26,214 nucleotides of DNA from a virus (Duplodnaviria > Caudoviricetes), in IMG/VR virus record IMGVR_UViG_3300047301_000010, positions 1-26,214 of that record; one strand, 5' to 3'. A program made the translations under genes and the position numbers. How positions within the stretch are numbered: the stretch's first letter is position 1; each line of letters begins with the position of its first letter. The notes beneath the pieces were generated by a model. That model was not told where the DNA came from. It did not search any database and saw only the letters and a program-made list of their open reading frames with translations. Below, piece by piece: positions 8,270 through 16,898 of the stretch.

Positions 8270-8773
8270 ATGGCTATCGAATTCATGGTAATTGCAGCAC
8301 CGAGAAGTGGCACGACGTGGGCGGCTAATTGGCTGACGACGGACACTACACTATGCTTGCACGATCCTATATTCAACTACCATTATTCTGAATTAGATAA
8401 TGTAGCATCTAAGCATAAATTAGGTATTTCATGCACTGGGTTGATGTATTTTCCAGAATGGCTGAACAATCATCCTGCTCGTAAAGTGGTATTACATCGG
8501 GATAATCAGGAAATACGTGACTCTATCGCGAAACTAGGTTTTCCACCAACGGATGAAGATTATTCCGAGACGTTAAATGTAATCGACGGACAGCATTATG
8601 CTTGGTCGGATATATTCGATAACCCAAAACCTATTTACGAGTATTTATTAGATAAAGAATTTGATGCCGAAAGACATAGTGAATTGAAAAAAGTGTGGAT
8701 GGAGCCTAACTTTAACCAAGTAAATCCAACCGCAGGGGCTTTACATAGGATATTTGATGAGTTAAGGGGTTAA
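8270..8773 (+). CDS. sulfotransferase-like P-loop protein
   Basis: 5'-PSB loop IAAPRSGTTW and 3'-PB motif VVLHR-x7-S (RDNQEIRDS); 167 aa. Confidence 0.75.
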   Translation: MAIEFMVIAAPRSGTTWAANWLTTDTTLCLHDPIFNYHYSELDNVASKHKLGISCTGLMYFPEWLNNHPARKVVLHRDNQEIRDSIAKLGFPPTDEDYSETLNVIDGQHYAWSDIFDNPKPIYEYLLDKEFDAERHSELKKVWMEPNFNQVNPTAGALHRIFDELRG

Positions 8774-8775
8774 TT

Positions 8776-9843
8776 ATGGCAGTCGGAATCGGAACAGGTC
8801 TAGCCTTAGCGGCAGGCGGCAGTATCATAGGTGGACTCCTTAGCGGTAATGCCGCTAAAGATGCGGCCGCTACCCAAGCCGCCGCACAACTGGAAGCCGC
8901 TAAAATCGCCGCAGACGCGGCTAAATTCCGTCCGGTAGGGGTTACGACTGGCTTCGGGACATCCAACTTTACTACTGACCCTAAAACAGGCTACGTGACG
9001 GGTGCAGGCTACACGCTAACCCCTGAAATGCAACGGCAACAGGATCAACTATTAGCTACGTCCGGTGGTATGCTTAACCAGTTTGGTAATGCGGTATCTG
9101 CAACAGCCCCGCTGGGTACTGCCGCGAATACGGCGATGACCTTAGGGCAAGGCTACTTAGCGACTACTCCACAAGAGCAAGCCGCTAAGTATATGGCCGA
9201 GCAACAAGCCTTACTACAGCCTGGTCGTGCCGAAGCGTTAGCTGCCTTAAACAATCAGCAAGTCCAACAAGGTCGAAGTGGTATCGCCATCGGTGGTGGT
9301 AATGGCATGATGGCAACTAATCCTGAGATGGCTGCGTATTACAACTCACTGTCTAAAGAGAACTTAGGACTCGCCGCAAGTGCTACCCAAGGCGGTATGG
9401 ATTACGCTAAATTTGGCGCAGGAATGGTTGGTACAGGCGGTGACTTACTGAAACAAATGTACGGCACTCAAACTGCCGCGTATTCACCGTATCAAACAGC
9501 ACTAGGCGGAGTATCTACGATTGAAGGTCTTGGCCAGAATGCCCTAGACGTAGGTATGTCCATTGGAGGTAAAACTACTGCCGCCAATGCTAGTTCTGGC
9601 GCATTGCTGGCTAACGGCATGACGAATGCTGCCGCGGCAATGGCACCTGCTAACGCATACAGCCCGTGGGCGAATATCCTTAGTGGGGCAAGTAGTGCGT
9701 TGGGGAATTATGCAATGTCACAAGGCGGTGGGTATCAAGTTGCTCCTGGTAGTGGTTCTTCGATGCAACCTACAAGCGTAATGTGGGATGGCGGTTCTGC
9801 ACCTACCGCAACATCGGTATGGAATACCAAGCCGGTATATTAA
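8776..9843 (+). CDS. internal virion / DNA ejection protein 1
   Basis: 355 aa Gly/Ala/Gln-rich, hydrophobic N-terminus followed by AAKDAAATQAAA, like P22 gp7-type pilot proteins. Confidence 0.7.
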   Translation: MAVGIGTGLALAAGGSIIGGLLSGNAAKDAAATQAAAQLEAAKIAADAAKFRPVGVTTGFGTSNFTTDPKTGYVTGAGYTLTPEMQRQQDQLLATSGGMLNQFGNAVSATAPLGTAANTAMTLGQGYLATTPQEQAAKYMAEQQALLQPGRAEALAALNNQQVQQGRSGIAIGGGNGMMATNPEMAAYYNSLSKENLGLAASATQGGMDYAKFGAGMVGTGGDLLKQMYGTQTAAYSPYQTALGGVSTIEGLGQNALDVGMSIGGKTTAANASSGALLANGMTNAAAAMAPANAYSPWANILSGASSALGNYAMSQGGGYQVAPGSGSSMQPTSVMWDGGSAPTATSVWNTKPVY

Positions 9844-9854
9844 AGGATTAAATT

Positions 9855-11018
9855 ATGGCTAATGACATCGTAGCAGGACTTTTCGGACTATCGCCAGATC
9901 AAGTTCGTCAGCAGCAGCAACTTGAGATTCAAAAGGCGGCGTATTCGCAGGCGCAAATGAACCCATTTGACCGTGCCGGCATGATGATGGCGCAAGGTGG
10001 TGCAGGTCTAGTAGACGTCGCCGCACCAGCGTTTGGACTACAGAATCGTGAAGTAGCCGCTGCGCAGACCCGTCAAGAGGTTTTGCAAGGGTTAGACGTG
10101 ACCGATCCTGAGAGCATTAAAGCAGCAGGTGAGAGCGCACGTCAACGTGGAGACTTCCAATTGGCCACACAATTAAGTCAACTCGCTAATCAGCGTGAGG
10201 TTGAGAAGGCAGCAATAGCCCGTTCGGCAGCACAAACGGCTAAAGACCAAGCCGAAGCGGATGCAAAAAATCGTGAGCAAAATAAACCTAATATCGAAAA
10301 GGTTGGTTTAAGTACTGAACTGCAACCGGTATATTTTGATAAAAATACGAAGAGTCAATTCATATTAGACGCTACTGGTAAGCCGCAGCTATATACGGGT
10401 GCCATCCATGAGAAACCGGGTGTAACAGTTAATGTAGGGGATAAAGGTCAGGGTGCCTTCGCAATTGAAATGGGTAAAGAGGATGCTAAACGGGTTACCG
10501 CCGCACAAACGGCCGGTACGGCTGCCGCAGATCAGTTGCAAACGTTAGGTGCTATGGCTAAAAGTTCAGATGCGGCACTATCGGGGTCATTAGCCGCTGG
10601 TCGTGCCAGCCTATTAAACTTATATAACACCCTTGGACTATCTACACCACAAGAGAATGACCAATTAACTAAATCTACGATGTTTACGAAACAGTCTGGA
10701 GACTTGATAGTAACTAAGATTAAGGCGCTAGGTACTAATCCTTCTAACTCAGATTTAATATTTATTAGGCAAATAGTTCCACAATTAGAGAATTCAGCAG
10801 ATGCAAGGCGGCAGTTAATTCGCTATCTAGCGGATAAAGCCCAAGCGGTTGTAGACGAAACCGCTCGTATAGATGTGTATGCGAGAGCGCACGGCGGGTT
10901 AGGGGGTTATAAGCCGGTATTAAAGTTATCCGGTTCGGACGTGTCCGCCGCATTAAGGCCACAACTGTCTCCGGAACAAGCTCGTGCAGAATTACAACGT
11001 CGCCAAGGCGCACAATAG
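9855..11018 (+). CDS. internal virion / DNA ejection protein 2
   Basis: 387 aa Ala/Gln-rich helical protein without Cys, second of three coupled genes. Confidence 0.65.
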   Translation: MANDIVAGLFGLSPDQVRQQQQLEIQKAAYSQAQMNPFDRAGMMMAQGGAGLVDVAAPAFGLQNREVAAAQTRQEVLQGLDVTDPESIKAAGESARQRGDFQLATQLSQLANQREVEKAAIARSAAQTAKDQAEADAKNREQNKPNIEKVGLSTELQPVYFDKNTKSQFILDATGKPQLYTGAIHEKPGVTVNVGDKGQGAFAIEMGKEDAKRVTAAQTAGTAAADQLQTLGAMAKSSDAALSGSLAAGRASLLNLYNTLGLSTPQENDQLTKSTMFTKQSGDLIVTKIKALGTNPSNSDLIFIRQIVPQLENSADARRQLIRYLADKAQAVVDETARIDVYARAHGGLGGYKPVLKLSGSDVSAALRPQLSPEQARAELQRRQGAQ

Positions 11019-11030
11019 ATCGGAGATGGT

Positions 11031-13103
11031 ATGGATTTGTCTCAATATAGTGACGAAGAGTTAAAACAGATTGCGGCACAGCCCACTGTAGATAATTCTA
11101 TTAGTGGTCAGTTAGCGCGACTACCTAGCCAAGCTTTAGATACTACTAAACGCTTGGTGCAAGGTGTAAGTCGTGGGGCGACGGGACTATTATCGCTTCC
11201 TGCCGAAGTTATCTCGCTACCGTATAATTTATACCAAACAGCAACAGGTGGTCAACCGGTTACACATACTGCGTCTACGATGAAGTTTTTTGGACAAAAA
11301 CCTACGCAACAGGGGGACGTAACAGGGATGTTTGGCGAAGGAATGGCGGGTGCAGTAAACATACCTAGCGCAGTAGTAGGTGGTCTAACTAACATTGCCG
11401 CTAAAACCGCCTTCCCTAATAGCCCAGTCGGTCAACTTGGTATCTCGGCGATACTGCCAACTGTTGCCGCAACGCTAGCGGGACGACGCGCATCCTTACC
11501 ACCTGGAGTTCCGAAAGGCTCGACGGGGGAAACTGGGATTACTATCACACCTGGTCAACGATCAGGGGTGGAAAGTCAATTAGTAGCTGAACAAAATTTA
11601 CGAGGAGCAGTACAATCCCGACCAGCCTTTAATGCGTTAGAATCGAGCCAAACGGCGGGGCTAAAAGATTTTGCGGGTCAAATTCAAGATACCATAGGTA
11701 ATCCTAATCTAACGGCAACGCAGATTAGGGATAGTGTAGTTGGTCTTGCGACTAAAGCGAGTGATGCTGCGGTTAATAAGTTTAGGGCAGTGAATAGACT
11801 GAATTTTAATGCTGCGACTAAAGCCGCTGGAAATACACCTATTATTGCTACCGACAATGTGGTAGGTAAAATTGATGATTTAATCTCACGGTATGACACC
11901 CGTGAAGGTGCTGCGTTTGGCGGAGAAGTAGATGCACTAAAACAGTTAAGGGATAGTTTCGTCATTAAGGGGAGTCCAGCGACTTCAATCCCGTCTGCGA
12001 TAATAGATGCTTCAGGTAAACCTGTTAGCGTAGCTACTACTGCGGCTATCCCGGATTCGATGGCTAAATTAACTATTTCCGAATTGAAAGATTATTTAGA
12101 ATCATTTGGTAAAGCGGCAAGGTCAGGTGGTACGACAACGGTAGGTACCAGCCCTAATCCGTTAAAAGGATTATCTCCTGGTACCGCTAAATATATTTCA
12201 CGAGAAGTATTAAACGGTTTTAGGGATGATCTAAATGCCGCACAGTTAGAGAACTTACCGGGTGCCGCCGAATTAGTTAAAGCTAGAGAAGGCTACAAAA
12301 ATGGGTTAAAAGACTTAAATGCAATGGCTGTAGAACCATTGATGAAGAAATTAAACATCGAATCCGAAGCCGCATTAAACCCCGATGCTGTAGTTGCGGG
12401 GTTGTTGAAAGCGCAGCCTACTCAACGTAAAGCACTCTTGGAATTAGTAGGCAACGCCCATCCTGAAGTGTACCAAACACTGCGTCATCGTGCGTGGCAA
12501 GAGATATTGGCTAAAGTTGACACTTCAACGGATATGGCTACGCAACTAATGCAATTACGGAAAAAAGTATTGACTGAACGGATAGGTAATACTGCCGATG
12601 GTATTCCATTTGATGATTTCTTATTCTCATCCGTAGGCGAAAAAGCTAAGTTTAATTCGCTAGTGAATGATGTAAATACTATCTCCCGTAAAGCATCGTC
12701 AATAGAAGCATCCCAGTTGAATGTGCAGAACTTAGCATCAAATGCCGCTTCAGTTATAGGGGGCGCACCAGCTCGCTATGCTACTAATGCTTTGATTGCA
12801 GTGAAACGACTACTCACGGGTGCGGATACGGCTAAAGTAGCCGCCGTACTGACTTCGCCTAATGCTAGGGAAGCCGTGAACACTCTTGCGAAAGCTAGAT
12901 CGTGGGATGGTAGGGTAGCACAAGATGCTATAGATAAGATTATCCCTTTCATGACAAACTATGAAAAGAACTTGGCAAAAGGCGGTATTAGCGCAGCCGG
13001 AGCGGCATTCGTTCCACCCCCCGTACCGCAAGCCCCACAACAAGACCTAAGTAGTTACTCATTAGAAGAATTACAAGCTATTGCTAAAGGACAACAACCA
13101 TGA
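11031..13103 (+). CDS. internal virion / DNA ejection protein 3
   Basis: 690 aa, Gly-rich amphipathic N-terminal third then helical; DLSxYSxEELxxIA at both ends. Confidence 0.65.
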   Translation: MDLSQYSDEELKQIAAQPTVDNSISGQLARLPSQALDTTKRLVQGVSRGATGLLSLPAEVISLPYNLYQTATGGQPVTHTASTMKFFGQKPTQQGDVTGMFGEGMAGAVNIPSAVVGGLTNIAAKTAFPNSPVGQLGISAILPTVAATLAGRRASLPPGVPKGSTGETGITITPGQRSGVESQLVAEQNLRGAVQSRPAFNALESSQTAGLKDFAGQIQDTIGNPNLTATQIRDSVVGLATKASDAAVNKFRAVNRLNFNAATKAAGNTPIIATDNVVGKIDDLISRYDTREGAAFGGEVDALKQLRDSFVIKGSPATSIPSAIIDASGKPVSVATTAAIPDSMAKLTISELKDYLESFGKAARSGGTTTVGTSPNPLKGLSPGTAKYISREVLNGFRDDLNAAQLENLPGAAELVKAREGYKNGLKDLNAMAVEPLMKKLNIESEAALNPDAVVAGLLKAQPTQRKALLELVGNAHPEVYQTLRHRAWQEILAKVDTSTDMATQLMQLRKKVLTERIGNTADGIPFDDFLFSSVGEKAKFNSLVNDVNTISRKASSIEASQLNVQNLASNAASVIGGAPARYATNALIAVKRLLTGADTAKVAAVLTSPNAREAVNTLAKARSWDGRVAQDAIDKIIPFMTNYEKNLAKGGISAAGAAFVPPPVPQAPQQDLSSYSLEELQAIAKGQQP

Positions 13104-13747
13104 CCTATTTACAACTCGTGAACAACGTCCTAATGCGCCTACGGGAATCTGCCGTTCCCTCAATCTCGTCGTCCACCTATGCACAACTGATTGGTAAGTT
13201 TATCAATGATGCGAAACGGCAGACAGAGGATGCGTATGACTGGAATGCGCTGACCGCAACGGTGCCTATCGCTACTACACCAGGATCATCATCGTACCTA
13301 TTAACCGGTACTGAAAGTCGGTTTAAAGTAATTGACGTTATATCTCAAAAGAACGTATTGACATTGCAGAATATGCCTATCTCATGGTTGACACGGCAAC
13401 TCATGATGCCCAATAAACAGTCTGGCCAGCCAATGTATTATGGTTTTAACGGTACCGACGCGACGGGGGCGAGTTATGTAGATTTATTTCCAGTTCCAAA
13501 TACTGTTGATACGATATATTTCAATCTTATCGCACCGCAAGCCGACTTATCGGCGGATAGTGATGTTATACTTATCCCGTCTGAACCCGTTGAACTTGCT
13601 GCCTACGCTAGGGCTATAGTTGAACGGGGCGAAGACGGCGGTTTAGGCTCATCTGAAGCCTACGCATTAAGTAAAAGCGTATTAGCGGATTATATCGCTA
13701 TTGAATCTAGTCGGTTCGTTGAAGAATCTTGCTGGGAAGCCGTATGA
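13100..13747 (+). CDS. tail adaptor / tail tubular protein A-like
   Basis: MTYLQLVNNVLMRLRE...INDAKRQTEDAYDW...LFPVP pattern of head-tail adaptors; 215 aa. Confidence 0.8.
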   Translation: MTYLQLVNNVLMRLRESAVPSISSSTYAQLIGKFINDAKRQTEDAYDWNALTATVPIATTPGSSSYLLTGTESRFKVIDVISQKNVLTLQNMPISWLTRQLMMPNKQSGQPMYYGFNGTDATGASYVDLFPVPNTVDTIYFNLIAPQADLSADSDVILIPSEPVELAAYARAIVERGEDGGLGSSEAYALSKSVLADYIAIESSRFVEESCWEAV

Positions 13748-15285
13748 AACCAATCACGCCATTCGCTATATCTGCACCGGGATTCTCAGGGTTAAACCTG
13801 CAAGATAGCCCTGTAGATATGGCGTCGAGTTTTGCGTTACAGGCAAATAACTGCGTCATCGACAAGTCGGGTCGTATCGCCTCTCGGAAAGGCTGGACAC
13901 GCGCCCACCCGACTAACGTGGCCTTAGGCGCAACGGCCACTATCGACGCCTTAGGTAGTGTCTTAGGCCTAGGCGGTATCGAAACGATCCTAGCCGCAGG
14001 TAACAATCAACTATTCAAGATTGCCGGTAGCGCACTCGTCACGTTGACGTATGGTGGTGGTGGTGTCGCGCCGACTATCACTGCGAGTGACTGGAAAATC
14101 GTCAACTTAGGTGGTATCGCCATATTCTGGCAAACCGGACACGACCCACTAATATATGACCCTGTAGTATCTACGACAACCTATCGCCGTCTGGCTGAGC
14201 AAACAGGATTCGCAGGTACGATGTTCCAATGTAACGAAGCCCTTAGTGCCTATGGTCGCATCTGGGCGGCGGATACGGCAGTTGACAAGAGTACCGTCAT
14301 CTTCTCCGACGTATTGACCACGCATATTTGGACGGGCGGCACAGCAGGTTCGATTGATGTCCGTAAAGTATGGCCGACAGGCAGCGACGCGATTGTCGCC
14401 TTGGCCTCCCACAACGGATTTCTGTATATCTTTGGTCGTCGTAGTATTTTAATCTATTCAGGTGCAACCAATCCCGCGACGATGGCCTTAGCTGACACTA
14501 TAGTAGGTATCGGCTGTGTCGCACGGGATTCAGTTCAGATGACGGGTGAGGATATTATCTTCTTGTCAGATACGGGTGTTCGGTCGTTGTTGCGGACTAT
14601 TCAAGAGAAGTCGCAGCCGATGAGAGCGTTGACGCGCAACGTATTAGAGGAAGTGCAATCCCATGTGTCAGTAGCTAACCTAGCGAAGGTTAAGTCGGCA
14701 TATAGTCCATCTAACGGCTTCTACCTAATTTGCTTTCCAGCAGCGGATGAAACCTATTGCCTAGACATGATGAGACCCTTACAAGACGGGTCAGCACGTG
14801 TAACAACGTGGACTTCGATTACACCAACGGCTATGTATGAATCCCGTGACCGTAAGCTCTACTTAGGCAAAGCAGGGGTTGTAGGGCAATATGGCGGATA
14901 CTTGGACGATACCGCTACCTATCGGATAGCGTATTACACGACGTGGATGGACTTTGGCAACCAGATTATGACAAGCATACTGAAGAAAGTCATAATAACG
15001 GTCATCGGAAGCGTCAATCAGGTTATCGTTGCAAAATGGGCGTATGACTTCAGCAATGTATATTTTAGCGAAGCCACTACTATCCCAGGTAGCGTGACAC
15101 CTTCAGAGTATGGTATAGCCAAATATAACATCAACGAATACTCGCCCGGCACTACCTTTACGACTGCCGCATTTCAAGGCAGTAGCTCAGGCAAAGTATT
15201 ACAATTTGGTTTTGAAGCTGTGGTAAACGGAGCGGCAGTATCCATCCAGAAAATTGAACTATTCACGAAAGACGGGAGGTTGTAA
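13744..15285 (+). CDS. tail nozzle / tubular protein B (P22 gp10-like)
   Basis: 513 aa from ATG 13744 (ATGA overlap); GFSGLN, IASRKG, IGCVARDSV, IIFLSDTGVRSL beta-propeller-like motifs. Confidence 0.8.
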   Translation: MKPITPFAISAPGFSGLNLQDSPVDMASSFALQANNCVIDKSGRIASRKGWTRAHPTNVALGATATIDALGSVLGLGGIETILAAGNNQLFKIAGSALVTLTYGGGGVAPTITASDWKIVNLGGIAIFWQTGHDPLIYDPVVSTTTYRRLAEQTGFAGTMFQCNEALSAYGRIWAADTAVDKSTVIFSDVLTTHIWTGGTAGSIDVRKVWPTGSDAIVALASHNGFLYIFGRRSILIYSGATNPATMALADTIVGIGCVARDSVQMTGEDIIFLSDTGVRSLLRTIQEKSQPMRALTRNVLEEVQSHVSVANLAKVKSAYSPSNGFYLICFPAADETYCLDMMRPLQDGSARVTTWTSITPTAMYESRDRKLYLGKAGVVGQYGGYLDDTATYRIAYYTTWMDFGNQIMTSILKKVIITVIGSVNQVIVAKWAYDFSNVYFSEATTIPGSVTPSEYGIAKYNINEYSPGTTFTTAAFQGSSSGKVLQFGFEAVVNGAAVSIQKIELFTKDGRL

Positions 15286-15890
15286 TGAGCTATTTAAAAT
15301 TAACAGACTTCGCAGCGAAAGATGCGTTAGTTAGCGGCAACCCACTCAAGACCGTAAAAGGTACAGAAATCGGTGCTGAATTTGACGCGATTGCGACGGC
15401 AAGTGCCTTAACTGATTCAAATCTTGCCGTACTCATTGCAGATAAAGCTCCTCTAGCCTCACCTACCTTCACTGGTACTGTAACAGGCGGTACTGGTGGT
15501 TTTTCTGGTGCACATAATGGTACTGTTGGTGCCACAACACCAAGCACTGGTGCCTTTACTGCAGTGACGGCGACAGGTAACATCACTGCATACTTCTCAG
15601 ATGAGCGTTTAAAAACTAACTTAGGCAACATTGAGAATGCCTTGGCTAAAGTGCAGACCCTTGATGGTTTTTACTATGAGCCAAATGAAACCGCCCAAGC
15701 GTTAGGGTATGCAGTTAAACGAGAAGTTGGTGTATCTGCACAACAGGTTCAGGCTATACTACCAGAGATTATTGCACCTGCCCCGATTGATAACCAGTAC
15801 TTGACTGTAGACTATGCACGCTTAGTGCCACTTTTGATTGAGGCTATTAAAGAACTTGAAGCCCGCGTAGTAGAGTTGGAGAACAAATAA
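15285..15890 (+). CDS. short tail fibre with C-terminal intramolecular chaperone (peptidase S74)
   Basis: KAPLASPTFTG fibre repeat; S-DERLK cleavage motif at residues 105-110; GVSAQQVQ and VDYARLVPLLIEAIKEL. Confidence 0.88.
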   Translation: MSYLKLTDFAAKDALVSGNPLKTVKGTEIGAEFDAIATASALTDSNLAVLIADKAPLASPTFTGTVTGGTGGFSGAHNGTVGATTPSTGAFTAVTATGNITAYFSDERLKTNLGNIENALAKVQTLDGFYYEPNETAQALGYAVKREVGVSAQQVQAILPEIIAPAPIDNQYLTVDYARLVPLLIEAIKELEARVVELENK

Positions 15891-16807
15891 TGGCTATACA
15901 CGCCGCAGGGACAGCACTGACATTCACTGAGATAGTCTCCGAGTTCGGAGGGGCTGCCCCGCATTCTATGAGTGAGTACATCCGTGGAGGTGGACTTGTA
16001 CCTAATGGCCCCGCCGCCAATGCAAACATACCGACCACGCTCGCAAACATAAGCTTTAATCAATTCTATGGAGCGCAGAACGCGTTTATTATTGGCTCAT
16101 CAGGTTCGCCCGTAAATATCGGTGCTCAAACAGATTTCAACTTGCGAACATGGTGTGTCGCGCAAGGGTGGAACGGACTATACCCGTTGCTTGCATACGT
16201 CAACGTGAATGCTGAAATTAAAGCTTCATCGGTTGTTACTTTTGCTTTTGCGGTTGCGTCTGCTGGGCAGTCGTTCCCTGCTTCATCTAGTATAAACATC
16301 ACCGTCAATGCTGGTCAATACATTGTCGGGAGCGGTGGTGTTGGCGGTGATGGTGGCAGTGGTGGTCCTGGCGGAGACGGCGGGGTTGGTGGTGTTGCTT
16401 TTTATTGCCCACCGACAGTTAGTGCATCGCTTGTAAATATAACAAATAATGGAATAATCGGCGGCGGCGGCGGCGGCGGTGGTGGTGGTGGTTACGATGT
16501 TAACTCCGCCGGGATCGGCGGCGGCGGCGGTGGCGGTGCGGCATACGCGAATGGTGGATTGAGCGGCTTTGGTGCAGATGGATGGTCTGCAACACAAACT
16601 GCTGGTGGCGCTGGCGGAACTCCTTATCATGATGGCGGTTACGGTGGCGATGGCGGCGGATTGGGCGGTGCTGGCTATGAGGGCGCACCAGCTGGTTCTC
16701 CTGGTGGTTGGGGCGGTGGTGTTGGTGGGTTAGCGGGTGCGGCAACAAATGGTGCGGCTAACGTGACTTGGCTGGCAACTGGCACTCGATATGGTTCTGT
16801 TGGTTAA
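15890..16807 (+). CDS. glycine-rich fibre-tip adhesin (T2/S16 gp38-like)
   Basis: Follows a chaperone-bearing fibre; IVGSGGVGG and NITNNGIIGGGGGGGG blocks as in gp38 polyglycine adhesins. Confidence 0.75.
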   Translation: MAIHAAGTALTFTEIVSEFGGAAPHSMSEYIRGGGLVPNGPAANANIPTTLANISFNQFYGAQNAFIIGSSGSPVNIGAQTDFNLRTWCVAQGWNGLYPLLAYVNVNAEIKASSVVTFAFAVASAGQSFPASSSINITVNAGQYIVGSGGVGGDGGSGGPGGDGGVGGVAFYCPPTVSASLVNITNNGIIGGGGGGGGGGGYDVNSAGIGGGGGGGAAYANGGLSGFGADGWSATQTAGGAGGTPYHDGGYGGDGGGLGGAGYEGAPAGSPGGWGGGVGGLAGAATNGAANVTWLATGTRYGSVG

Positions 16808-16859
16808 ATTGTATGATAAAGGTATAACATGACTATCTCCACCACAACTGCATTTAGGG

Positions 16860-16898
16860 TATAATCTATCGCAATTCAAAGTTAGTAAGGACTCACTA
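16860..16898 (+). promoter_or_regulatory. -10 box plus operator copy 6 over the RBS
   Basis: TATAAT (16860-16865), no clear -35; TAGTAAGGACTCACTA (16883-16898) contains the SD TAAGGA. Confidence 0.45.
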
